DNA of 64,000 bases, taken from assembly GCA_964441745.1 (NCBI GenBank), contig CAYTYR010000001.1, positions 1-64,000 on the forward strand, in the 5' to 3' direction. Origin of the DNA: an uncultured Clostridia bacterium (GTDB lineage: Bacteria > CAYTYR01 > UBA6262). How positions within the stretch are numbered: the stretch's first letter is position 1; every line of letters starts with the position of its first letter. Of the stretch, positions 38,831 to 48,096 are shown one piece after another. Below the pieces are notes generated by a model that saw only the letters and a list, made by a program, of their open reading frames with translations, ran no database searches and was not told the origin of the DNA. The position numbers were made by a program, and so were the translations under genes.

Positions 38831-40085
38831 CTAAAGTCACTCCTTTGGCTTGTATCCAGTTTGCTTCGGCGATCATGGCGTTAGCCTCGTTATCTAATAT
38901 AGCTTTCTTGGCTCGGATCAGATCATCTTCGATAATGATCCAGTTGTCAAAAGACATTAACCCTATTTTATATTGCGCTTCAGCGATCTTGGACCGTTCT
39001 TCAGTCGCGGCCAGAAATTTCTGCTGTACGCTTAACTGTCCCAGGGCATCCTGGAGATTAGCCCAGCTTTCAGCCAGGGTCAGAATAACGCTAGTACGGC
39101 CATTCCTCTCCTCAGCTAGCGACTGGTTATAGGCAGATTCAGATTTTTTCCTTGCTGCTACCTGGCTGCCGCCGGAAAAGATTGGCACGCTTAAATTCAC
39201 ACCAGCTGACCATTGGCTCCGGTCAGGCGGCCAATTAGAACCACTCTTTCCGGCTGAACCACTGGCATAAACCGAAGGATACATCTCAGCGGTAGCACTT
39301 TTTAGAGAAAGCCGGGAAGCTTCTTTTTGGGCAATCAGCGCCTGCAGTAACGGCACTGATGCTGCTATTTGTTCAAAATCAGGCGCAATCGGATCCAGCC
39401 AAGTCACGGTCAGATCACCTTGAACTTGTATCGGTCTATATTTGTCATAACCTAGATCTGCGCCAAGCGTCCGGGAGGCTATTTCCAGATTTCGGGAAGC
39501 CTGGCTAACTTCAAATTCCGCTTCAGCCAGATCAGCCTGCGCGGTCAGTAATGAACCTTTATGTTCCCGGCCAGCTTCATATCCCAGCTTGATCAATTCT
39601 AAGCTTTGTTTGCGCCGCTGGGCTATTTCTGCGGTTATTGTTACTAATTTCTGTGCCTTCAACAAACTCACAAAATCTTTCTTCAGCTGCAGCCGTAGAT
39701 TGGAAGAGGTCACGGCATAGTTATAGATAGACGAACGTAAAGTAGCGGAAGAGACGGCCACATTGAATTGGGACTTTAAACCGTCAAAGATCAGTTGCCT
39801 GCCAGAAACGCCGTAAGAGTAGCTGTTACTCCGGTCAGTACCGTCTGCTTTCGAGGTTTGCGCGCCGGCGCTGCCGCTGATCTGGGGATAATAATTGCTT
39901 TTGGTTGTAGTTAAATTGACCCCAGCCTGTTTCAGTTTTTCTGTTGCTGATAATAAATTTGGATTATTCTGCCTGGCTTCCCGGACACAGTCTTCCCAAG
40001 TCAGGTCTTGAGCCATAGCACTATGCGTAACGCCTAGTCCAATTATGAACATCATTATTACTATTATAGAGATACTTCTTTTCAT
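38820..40085 (-). CDS. TolC family outer membrane protein
   Basis: Signal peptide, NNPNL, YYPQIS, SVPIFSGG repeats. Confidence 0.88.
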   Translation of the reverse strand: MKRSISIIVIMMFIIGLGVTHSAMAQDLTWEDCVREARQNNPNLLSATEKLKQAGVNLTTTKSNYYPQISGSAGAQTSKADGTDRSNSYSYGVSGRQLIFDGLKSQFNVAVSSATLRSSIYNYAVTSSNLRLQLKKDFVSLLKAQKLVTITAEIAQRRKQSLELIKLGYEAGREHKGSLLTAQADLAEAEFEVSQASRNLEIASRTLGADLGYDKYRPIQVQGDLTVTWLDPIAPDFEQIAASVPLLQALIAQKEASRLSLKSATAEMYPSVYASGSAGKSGSNWPPDRSQWSAGVNLSVPIFSGGSQVAARKKSESAYNQSLAEERNGRTSVILTLAESWANLQDALGQLSVQQKFLAATEERSKIAEAQYKIGLMSFDNWIIIEDDLIRAKKAILDNEANAMIAEANWIQAKGVTLDEE

Positions 40086-40183
40086 ACTGCTTTAACCACC
40101 TTTTAGAAGCTGCTAAAAATACAGCCTGAGTTACATCATGATACATTAGTTGAGCGATTCTGTAAAGGGCCTGTGTCCGATAA

Positions 40184-40717
40184 CTATGGGGCCATGCGAT
40201 CTGGCGGCCTTTCCTGCCTGCCCTGGCCAGGTTGGTCCAGCGGCGGGGTCATAAAACCTCTGGGCATCATTGCTTTAAATTTCTGTTGTTGTTCAGGAGT
40301 AAGACCCTTTCTCATGGTAATCAGGTGCCCCAGCACTGTCTTTTCGATCTTCGCCTGAAGAGCGGAGATATTATCAATTAATTGACCTACTTTGACATTG
40401 TCGACCGGTTCAGTATCCAATGCTGTAAACAATTCTATCCTTTTTCTTTTTAATTCTTCCCTTAGTGATTTAAGCTCCTGGTCGATATTGTTACGGCCTT
40501 GTTCCATCAGCGCGCACTGGGATTCAGTCAAGTTTAGTTCTTTTTGCATTTTCTTTTTCATCCAGCTATGCTCTCTCGGTCCCCTTTTAAAGTCTCTCCG
40601 ATTGAGCCAATGACGGCTAAACCTGGCCAATACACCAAGATTCAAGCCCAGAGAAAGAATCAAAATAATGGTCAGCGCTTTATTTTTCATCTGCCTAACC
40701 TCCAATAATATTATCAT
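40184..40717 (-). CDS. Periplasmic Spy/CpxP / heavy-metal sensor family protein
   Basis: LSLGLNLG, LNLTESQ, LTPEQQ. Confidence 0.8.
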   Translation of the reverse strand: MIILLEVRQMKNKALTIILILSLGLNLGVLARFSRHWLNRRDFKRGPREHSWMKKKMQKELNLTESQCALMEQGRNNIDQELKSLREELKRKRIELFTALDTEPVDNVKVGQLIDNISALQAKIEKTVLGHLITMRKGLTPEQQQKFKAMMPRGFMTPPLDQPGQGRQERPPDRMAP

Positions 40718-41156
40718 AGACTGCTTCTACCTGTTCATTGGGCATATCGCTGAATTCAGTCAAGGATAATTGACTGGCTAATTCGTTGCTGGCGACAACA
40801 TTCTGTTGGTTGGTAGTGCCCACCATTCCGGAAACAAGATAATTACCGGTTAGCGCCATGACCAGAAACATCGCCGCAGTAGCCAGGACCTGTAACCATT
40901 TTAGGCCTGGTTTACGCTGGTGATCTTGCTCCAGGCGGCTTTGGATCCTGGTCCACAGGAACGCGGGTGGCTCTGCAGATACTGTTTTCCGGAGAGGATC
41001 TAAGGCCAGCGTGGAAACAGCTGCCGCAAACTCGCGGCAACCAGCGCATCCCTGCAGATGGCGCTCAACTTCCTGTTTCCCTTGCTCATCAAGTTCACCG
41101 TCTACATAATCAGTGATAATGAGGTCACGGAACTTATTGCATTTCATGGTAACCAC
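40695..41156 (-). CDS. Zinc-finger (zf-HC2) anti-sigma factor
   Basis: HLQGCAGC HxxxCxxC motif plus one TM. Confidence 0.88.
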   Translation of the reverse strand: MVTMKCNKFRDLIITDYVDGELDEQGKQEVERHLQGCAGCREFAAAVSTLALDPLRKTVSAEPPAFLWTRIQSRLEQDHQRKPGLKWLQVLATAAMFLVMALTGNYLVSGMVGTTNQQNVVASNELASQLSLTEFSDMPNEQVEAVYDNIIGG

Positions 41157-41700
41157 CTCTTTTTAAAATCATTATCCTGGCCCTTTTCAGCCTGGATCTT
41201 ACCGTGTTAATATTAATTTTAAGGACTTGGGCAATTTCTTCATAGCTCAGGCCTTGCATTTCTCTTAGAATAATGCAGGTGCGATAATCTGGGGTGAGCT
41301 CGCCCAATATTTTATCAACTTGTTCCTTACGCTGGAGCTGATCCAGGGAACTATCCATCTCTTCCGCCTGAGCCGGCATCCCGGCGCTGATGTTTTCATG
41401 ATAGGCAAACTGCCGGCGGCGGTCCTGGGTAGATTTTTTCAATAAATTCAAGGTGGTGTTTACCGTAATCCGGTAGAGCCAGGTTTTAAAAGAAGACTTA
41501 AACCTGAAATCAGGTAAGCTTTTAAAAACTTTCAAGAACACTTCCTGGGTAATCTCCTGGGCATCTTCCCTGTTCCGGGCAGTCCGCAAAGCAACGTTAT
41601 ATACAAAGCCGGAAGCGTTTTTATATATCTCTTCAAAAGCTTGTATATCCCCGGCTGAAGCTTTATGTATAATGTCTGCTGAGATAGCTTGAATATCCAT
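41134..41700 (-). CDS. ECF RNA polymerase sigma factor
   Basis: DAQEITQEVF, FKTWLYRI, SYEEIA...TVRSRLKRAR. Confidence 0.93.
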   Translation of the reverse strand: MDIQAISADIIHKASAGDIQAFEEIYKNASGFVYNVALRTARNREDAQEITQEVFLKVFKSLPDFRFKSSFKTWLYRITVNTTLNLLKKSTQDRRRQFAYHENISAGMPAQAEEMDSSLDQLQRKEQVDKILGELTPDYRTCIILREMQGLSYEEIAQVLKININTVRSRLKRARIMILKRGGYHEMQ

Positions 41701-41717
41701 TTTGCCCCTTTATATAT

Positions 41718-41747
41718 TTAGACCAAGCAAGTAAAGGAAAAGTTTCA
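41718..41747 (-). promoter_or_regulatory. Putative autoregulatory ECF promoter TGAAACT-N17-GTCTAA
   Basis: Directly upstream of the ECF sigma RBS; AAAC/GTC ECF-type consensus; second copy at 47978-48007. Confidence 0.6.
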
Positions 41748-41779
41748 CTTTTGCAGGCTATACTATAGATAATGGCAGA

Positions 41780-42352
41780 TTAACGCAGGAAATGCAGGAC
41801 AGAGCCAGCCATAACCGGGATAGTAAGATTATCATCCAAGGCAATGGGTAAGGTTTCCATAATGGCGGCAATAAGCGCACTGGCCAAGATAGCATTGGCA
41901 GTAAGGTCACCCGGGAAAAAGTATCTTTTTAAGATAAAGCCGACCAAGGTCGCAATTAAAAAGAAGGCTGCGCTTCCTTCGACGCTGCGGGGTGGAAATA
42001 TTTTATGCCGGCCAATTTTCTTGCCAACCATTGCCGCGCTGACATCGCCAAAAGTCAGGAAACAGAGCGCAGTAATGGCAATTGGTTTTGAAAAAAATAA
42101 TACTGTCACCAGTATGCCGCCAATAAAATAGGGCATGCCAGTCACAGTATTTTTCTCCTGATCCTTGAAAAAACCGCGGAAATTCTTCCAAATCCATTCA
42201 TTAAATAAAGAATACTTAGCTCGCACTAACTCAAAAACAAAAACCAGGATGAGAGCAACAGCCATGATCCGGAGAAGTATTCCCCGGTCTATAAAATAGT
42301 AGGCGATAGGAAAAATCATCCCGCCTAAAAAATGGAATAATGGCCTCTGCAT
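41780..42352 (-). CDS. Dolichol/phytol kinase-like membrane protein
   Basis: GDVSAAMVG, RSVEGS, DDNLTIP. Confidence 0.82.
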   Translation of the reverse strand: MQRPLFHFLGGMIFPIAYYFIDRGILLRIMAVALILVFVFELVRAKYSLFNEWIWKNFRGFFKDQEKNTVTGMPYFIGGILVTVLFFSKPIAITALCFLTFGDVSAAMVGKKIGRHKIFPPRSVEGSAAFFLIATLVGFILKRYFFPGDLTANAILASALIAAIMETLPIALDDNLTIPVMAGSVLHFLR

Positions 42353-42365
42353 AAAAAAACTCCTT

Positions 42366-42432
42366 GATTACACTGATTTCTAAAAAAGATTACACCGATT
42401 ACAAGCTCTTGCATTTTTCTTCATCGGTAATC
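42366..42432. repeat. Paired GATTACACYGATT boxes with partial inverted copy
   Basis: 42366-42378, 42388-42400, ATCGGTAATC at 42423-42432. Confidence 0.75.
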
Positions 42433-42454
42433 ATAGTTTTCACTTTTGTGAAAA

Positions 42455-43753
42455 CTATTCTAATGTTTCACCGATGACCTTTTCCACTCTAGCTTGCGCC
42501 ATGATATATTCATAGATAGCTTGGTAATAATTTATCTCGGCCTGGGTCAGGGTCAATTCTGCATCCCGCACTTCGATATCGCTCATCAATCCTAATTTAT
42601 ACCGTTCCTGGGCAATACGCAGGTTATCTTTCGCTGTAGCTGCATTCTCGTTTTGCCCGGTAATATTGTCTTTGGCCTGGTCCAGGGTAAAATAGGCTTG
42701 TTTCACTTCAATCTTAATGCCGTCGATTAATTGGGCTTTAGTCAGCAGCGCTTGCTCTTTCTGGGATTTAGCCTGCTTGATCCTGGCATTGGTCGCGAAT
42801 CCTTCGACCAAAGGAATGGTTAAGGACAAGGTGCTCGTCCAACTGTTAGTCCATTGCTGGCCAAGGCCAGTTGGAGAATAACTTTGACGAGAAACTGCTG
42901 AATTTAAGAGCAAATTCGGCCAATGGCCGCTGCGGGCTACCGAGACATTACTATTAGCTGCTTCCTCTTACAGCATTAATTGCCGTATTTCTATTCTTTT
43001 ACTAAGGGCCTGGTTCAAACCTTCCTCATATTCCTTCACGGGTTTTTCCACATCGTCTAGCTCGCCGACAATTTTTGTTTCCAATAAAGGTTCCCGGCCT
43101 AATACATTTAATAATGAATCAACGCTTATTTTTAGATTATTTTGGGCCTTGATCAGGCTGGTTTTCTGATTAGCCAGTTGCACTTTTACCCGGCTGACAT
43201 CATAATTAGACATCTTACCTTCATTATATAAGGCTTGGCTTACTTTGAGATATGCCGCGACTACCTCATAAGCTTCCTGGCTGATCCTCACCATCTGCTG
43301 GGCCAGCAGCACATTATAAAAACTTTGCTTGACCTGAAACAGCAGGTCATCCCGCTGTTTCAAATAATCCCACTGCGCCAACTGCAGGCCGAGATCAGCC
43401 TGCCGGTTGGAGTGGTAGAGCTTGCCCCCCATAAACAAGGGCCGGGTCAGGCTTAATTTACCCAGGCATGAATCTGGTTGATCCAGATCTACTTCATTAT
43501 ATAGCTCATGATTATAGATATATGCCCCAGTGGCGCTGATCTTAGGCCAATAACTGCCGGCAGTTTCATTTTTTTTGGCTTTAGCCTTGTTAGTCTTTTC
43601 CTGTAAGAGCAGCAGCTGCTTATTATTTTCTAAAGCGATTTTAAGGCATTCATCTAAACTCAAGGCTTTCTCCTGGGCGAGGCTGGCTGATCCAGCAAAT
43701 ACCGTCACGGCAACTAGAATATTTAAGATAATTATTAGTTTTTTAGCGCTCAT
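42455..43753 (-). pseudogene. TolC family protein interrupted by an in-frame TAA (42968-42970)
   Basis: Frame continues ...RQLML*EEAANSNVSVARSGHWPNLLLN... joining both ORF-track pieces. Confidence 0.85.
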
Positions 43754-44364
43754 GCTTTGGCTCCTTCCAGGAAAACTTCCAGAATAAACTGTTTTTCCTT
43801 ATCCTGGAACTGCTTAACATTGTCGAACATGGCCCGCATAATGAACATTTGTACCATTCCCCCTAAACCTAAGGCCAGCAATTCCGGTGATTTATTTTTT
43901 AAGATCTTTTCCTTTACTCCCAGCTGCATAATAGCGATTAAGTATGATAAGATCCGTTTCATTTCCTTCATGGCTTGTTGCTGTATGTTTTTTTGTATAT
44001 CAGTACATAAAACATCCCGTTCCAGCATCATGACCATGGTCCATAAATCCCGGTTTTGTTCAAAATAATCAAAGTTATGACCAATATACAGCCTGAGCTT
44101 CTCCAAACAGCTGTTTTTTTGTTCTAAGATGCCCCGGACCAGAGTAGCCCGATCATTCAATCCTTTTTCAATCAGGGCCATAAACATTTTCTCTTTGCTG
44201 GGGAAATAGAGATATAAGGCCCCCTTACTGATCCCGGCCTCTTTAGCCACGTCATCCATAGTTGTCCGGTGAAATCCTTTGTGGGTAAAGATAATCCTGG
44301 CCGAGTTCAGTAATTCTGTCTTGCGCCAGAGAGCTTCTCGCTCTTTTAGTTTGCTTTTAATCAT
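43750..44364 (-). CDS. TetR/AcrR family regulator
   Basis: GFHRTTMDDVAKEAGISKGALYLYFPSKE. Confidence 0.95.
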   Translation of the reverse strand: MIKSKLKEREALWRKTELLNSARIIFTHKGFHRTTMDDVAKEAGISKGALYLYFPSKEKMFMALIEKGLNDRATLVRGILEQKNSCLEKLRLYIGHNFDYFEQNRDLWTMVMMLERDVLCTDIQKNIQQQAMKEMKRILSYLIAIMQLGVKEKILKNKSPELLALGLGGMVQMFIMRAMFDNVKQFQDKEKQFILEVFLEGAKA

Positions 44365-44377
44365 AAAAACTCCTTTT

Positions 44378-44412
44378 TGACTATATAGTCATTTGACTGA
44401 CTGGTCAGTCAA
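44378..44412. promoter_or_regulatory. Two palindromes, likely TetR operators (TGACTATATAGTCA; TTGACTGAC-TG-GTCAGTCAA)
   Basis: Immediately upstream of tetR. Confidence 0.7.
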
Positions 44413-44489
44413 TACTGCTATTACCATGCCGGCCAGGAGCTGTCAAGCAAATAAATCGCAATAATCTTAGCAAAATTCAATGATTAGTC

Positions 44490-44518
44490 TTGACAATTAA
44501 GGATAGATTAATTATAGT
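44490..44518 (+). promoter_or_regulatory. Sigma70 promoter TTGACA-N17-TATAGT
   Basis: Near-consensus, upstream of the 44530 ORF. Confidence 0.65.
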
Positions 44519-44529
44519 ATATATACTCT

Positions 44530-45084
44530 ATGAGGAGGAAAAATTTGCCGGCTATAATCAAAGGATATGCCTTGACTAGATCAGCAGTCCGCAGAATTAT
44601 TATTGCCCTATTTTTCCTAAGCCTGCCTTGTTCCATCTGGGCTGTACCTTCAACTGCCATTTCCGCCTTGCCTGAAGCTAAGACCACCGTTTTAGTCAGT
44701 ACGGCTACAATCACTTTACCTATACCGCTAAGCCAGGAATTGTCAGACCGGACTAATTGGCGCAAAAATCCATTTGTACCGCTCCTAGGTATGACTCAAG
44801 AGCAAAAAACCAAGGTCAAGGTACCAGTGATAGCTGGCCCGGCTGATGTGCTCCAATTACGGGATCTGGAACTAATTGGTATCGTGAAAGATGAAATAGA
44901 ATATTCAGGGATCTTCAGGAATGCCATGACCGGCAAAATATATATTACCCGGCAAAATACGTTAATAGATAAAAGAAAAAGGATCGTAAAAAATATCCAC
45001 GTTACTTATGTTGATGAAAACAGCGTTCTAATGAAGGACGCGAAGCAGGAATCGCGTTATCGGCTCAAGAAAGCAGGAGAATGA
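44530..45084 (+). CDS. PilP-like pilus assembly protein
   Basis: RKNPFVP and L.DLELIGIV motifs; directly upstream of the secretin. Confidence 0.6.
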   Translation: MRRKNLPAIIKGYALTRSAVRRIIIALFFLSLPCSIWAVPSTAISALPEAKTTVLVSTATITLPIPLSQELSDRTNWRKNPFVPLLGMTQEQKTKVKVPVIAGPADVLQLRDLELIGIVKDEIEYSGIFRNAMTGKIYITRQNTLIDKRKRIVKNIHVTYVDENSVLMKDAKQESRYRLKKAGE

Positions 45085-46775
45085 AAAAACAATTGGTTTT
45101 CATAATCATAGGTTGTGCCCTGTATCTGGGGATAGGAACGCCATTCCAACTGGCTACTGCTGAAGCAGCCCCGGCAATTTTACAGTCTATTTCTACCAAG
45201 GTAGAATCGTCCATATTTAAAGTCATCCTGCAGATTTCCGGCCCGATAACCCCTAAGGATTTTGTAAAGGCTGATCCTGATCCAAAACTAGTGCTCGATC
45301 TTATTAATACCAGGAATGCCTCTGAATTTAAGAAGCAGAAAGTAAATCTAAGCCCGATCCTGTATCTTCGTGCGGCGCAATATAAGATCACTCCGCAACC
45401 GATCACCCGGGTGGTGCTAGACTTAACCGCCAAGCCAGACTACGTGATCAAGCAGTTGGCAGAGGGGATAGAGATTGACGTCAGGCTCGATCAGGCGGCT
45501 GGTTCAGAGGAGATGCCGCCAGTCACAGAACCGTCGGTTGAGCCGATACCTGTTGAATCACCAGAACCATCAGCCTTGCCAGTCTCACCAGAACCACCGG
45601 CAATTTCAGAACCGGCAGCGCAAATATCCGGCGGCGCCGATGCGCCCAGATTATTTTCTTTTGATTTTGAAAATGCAGACGTCAAGGATGTTCTCTATGC
45701 TTTAGGATTAAAAAAAGGCATCAATATCATCATCGATGAAGATGTGAGCGGCCAGATCAGCATCAGCTTAAACAATATTTCGTTTGAAGATTCCCTGGAC
45801 ACGATCCTTAAAATAAAAAGCCTCTCCCTGACCAAGATCAGTGACCAGGTCCTCAGGATCTCAAAAAAAGAAAAAGCTGACCTGATCACTACGTTCGTAC
45901 AGTTAAAATTTGGCCGGGCTGAAGATACTGCTCCACTGGTCACCCCATTACTATCGGCTAAAGGCAATATCCAGGTAGACAAGCGCACGAACAGCTTATT
46001 GATCACCGATGCTTTAAATAATATCCAGGTAATAACCGATGCCATCAGTAAAATGGACTTAAAACCAAATGTAGTAGAGATCAAGGCTGAGATTGTGGAA
46101 GTAGACTCCAATGCTTTAAGAGAACTGGGCATCAACTGGATGGTTAGTAAAGGAGCGACTCCGCTTACTACAACCGCGACAACTGCTGGCACCAATTATG
46201 CTACTGCCCAACAAAGCTTGGGTAATTTAAGCCTTGAACTTGGCACGGTAATAGATAAGATGCAAGTAACTGCTGCGCTCAATATGCTTGGCACTAAAGG
46301 GAAAAGCCGGCTGCTGTCTTCACCCAGTATCACGACTGTTGACAATCAACCGGCAAAGATCATAATCGGCGACAAGGTCCCTTATGAGAAAAAATCAATC
46401 TCCAGCAGCGCGGCTGGGGAAACGGCTTCAGAATCAACCATAGAGTTTCTCGATGTCGGCATCAAGCTGGATGTGACTCCCACTATTAATATTAATAAGC
46501 AGATCACCATGAAAATAAGGCCTGAAGTAAGCACTTATACCCCCTCTCCCCTTGGGCCGATCGTACATACCAGGGAAGCAGAAACAACGATCATGGTCAA
46601 AAATGGAGAAACTATCGTGATTGGCGGCTTAATGAGTGAAAGCGATTTAGATACCGTGCAAACCGTGCCCTTTGTCGGAGATATACCTATTATCGGCTGG
46701 CTCTTTAAAAAATCCTCTAAAAGTAATGATAAGACTGAATTACTTATCTTCATAACCCCGCGGCTATTGGAATAA
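45081..46775 (+). CDS. pilQ: Type IV pilus secretin with AMIN domain
   Basis: TRVVLDL, FENADVKDVL, VDKRTNSL, GIKLDVTP, PIIGWLFK, ELLIFITPR. Confidence 0.88.
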   Translation: MKKQLVFIIIGCALYLGIGTPFQLATAEAAPAILQSISTKVESSIFKVILQISGPITPKDFVKADPDPKLVLDLINTRNASEFKKQKVNLSPILYLRAAQYKITPQPITRVVLDLTAKPDYVIKQLAEGIEIDVRLDQAAGSEEMPPVTEPSVEPIPVESPEPSALPVSPEPPAISEPAAQISGGADAPRLFSFDFENADVKDVLYALGLKKGINIIIDEDVSGQISISLNNISFEDSLDTILKIKSLSLTKISDQVLRISKKEKADLITTFVQLKFGRAEDTAPLVTPLLSAKGNIQVDKRTNSLLITDALNNIQVITDAISKMDLKPNVVEIKAEIVEVDSNALRELGINWMVSKGATPLTTTATTAGTNYATAQQSLGNLSLELGTVIDKMQVTAALNMLGTKGKSRLLSSPSITTVDNQPAKIIIGDKVPYEKKSISSSAAGETASESTIEFLDVGIKLDVTPTININKQITMKIRPEVSTYTPSPLGPIVHTREAETTIMVKNGETIVIGGLMSESDLDTVQTVPFVGDIPIIGWLFKKSSKSNDKTELLIFITPRLLE

Positions 46776-46783
46776 CACCTCAC

Positions 46784-47935
46784 ATGCTTTGCCCTAATTG
46801 CCAAAGATCCCTGCATACCTTTAATTATCATAGTATCACTATTGATATGTGCTCCCACTGCGGCGGCCTCTGGTTTGACCCCCAGGAATTGCCAGCTTAT
46901 ATTGCAACCTTCAGGGCCATACATGAATTCCCTCCTTTGACTATTACTGAGGTCACCCAAAAAGCCCAAAATATCTACACCCTAGCCGAACAGCATAAAA
47001 AATGCCCGCGCTGCCTGCTACCCATGAATAAATTCAATTATGCCTATAATTCAAATGTTTTTTTGGATCGTTGCCCCACTTGCCAGGGAATCTGGACTGA
47101 TCGGGATGAAATTGCCAAAGCAGTCAGGTTTAACCAGGGTAATCCCATGGTCAACAAATTAGCCGAGGTCATGGCCAAAGAACAAAAAGACCTCCGGCAG
47201 CAACTGCATACTCTGGAAAATTTATCCAGCCTGGCTATCAGCGCTCCCTTCTTTTTACTCCTGCCTAAGATCATCCTGCCTTTATCCGATGACAATCCCC
47301 GGTCTGTAGTTCCCTGGGTTACGCTTTCCCTGATCAGCCTGAACATGGCTTTATTTATGGCTCAAGTATTCTTTATCCCCTGGGAAAAATGGCCGGCGCT
47401 CTTTCAGCAATTCGGATTAATTCCTGCTCATTTTATGGCCGGGGAAATAGGTATCAGCCTAATCACTACTTTATTCCTGCATGGAGGATTGTTTCATCTA
47501 CTGGGTAATATGTTCTTTCTGTGGCTGTTCGGGGATAATATAGAAGAGAAGTTCGGAGCAATAAGATTCCTGCTTTTTTACTTAGCCTGCGGTTTAGCCG
47601 CGAGTCTTGGGCATATTTATTTTTATCAGAACAGTACTATCCCATTGATCGGCGCCAGCGGCGCAATCAGCGGGATCATGGGAGCGTACCTGATCCTGTT
47701 CCCAAAAATTAAGATCAAAACATTTTTCTTCTATAAGATACTAGAGATACCATCTGCCGCTTTTTTTATTGGCTGGCTCGGATTACAATTCCTTAATAGC
47801 TGGCTGGCGCACTTGACTCATCATGCCAGCATTGCCTGGTGGGCCCATATTGGGGGATTTGCTTTTGGCTGGGGGCTGATCTATTTAATAGACTACGGCA
47901 GGAAAATTAAGCCTAACAGAGGAGTAGCTCGGTAA
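46784..47935 (+). CDS. Rhomboid protease with two N-terminal zf-TFIIB-like zinc ribbons
   Basis: CPNC..CSHCGGLWFD, CPRC..CPTCQGIW; HLLGNM, GASG, AHIGG. Confidence 0.9.
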   Translation: MLCPNCQRSLHTFNYHSITIDMCSHCGGLWFDPQELPAYIATFRAIHEFPPLTITEVTQKAQNIYTLAEQHKKCPRCLLPMNKFNYAYNSNVFLDRCPTCQGIWTDRDEIAKAVRFNQGNPMVNKLAEVMAKEQKDLRQQLHTLENLSSLAISAPFFLLLPKIILPLSDDNPRSVVPWVTLSLISLNMALFMAQVFFIPWEKWPALFQQFGLIPAHFMAGEIGISLITTLFLHGGLFHLLGNMFFLWLFGDNIEEKFGAIRFLLFYLACGLAASLGHIYFYQNSTIPLIGASGAISGIMGAYLILFPKIKIKTFFFYKILEIPSAAFFIGWLGLQFLNSWLAHLTHHASIAWWAHIGGFAFGWGLIYLIDYGRKIKPNRGVAR

Positions 47936-47977
47936 GGCTCAAAGAACGCTGCCGTAGTCTTCTCTCTTTTCAAAAAG

Positions 47978-48007
47978 TTAGACAATACAAAGCAATAAAA
48001 AGTTTCA
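47978..48007 (-). promoter_or_regulatory. Second TGAAACT-N17-GTCTAA ECF-type promoter, antisense to the rhomboid gene
   Basis: Same boxes and spacing as 41718-41747. Confidence 0.45.
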
Positions 48008-48044
48008 AATAAAAAAGAACGATCCTAATTGGAGGATCGTTCTT
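48008..48044 (-). terminator. Rho-independent terminator after ktrB
   Basis: Stem AAGAACGATCCT/AGGATCGTTCTT followed by a U-tract on the minus strand. Confidence 0.8.
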
Positions 48045-48096
48045 GGTATTACCACTCTTATCGCCGGATAACTATCAGAAACCAATTTTATAGATT

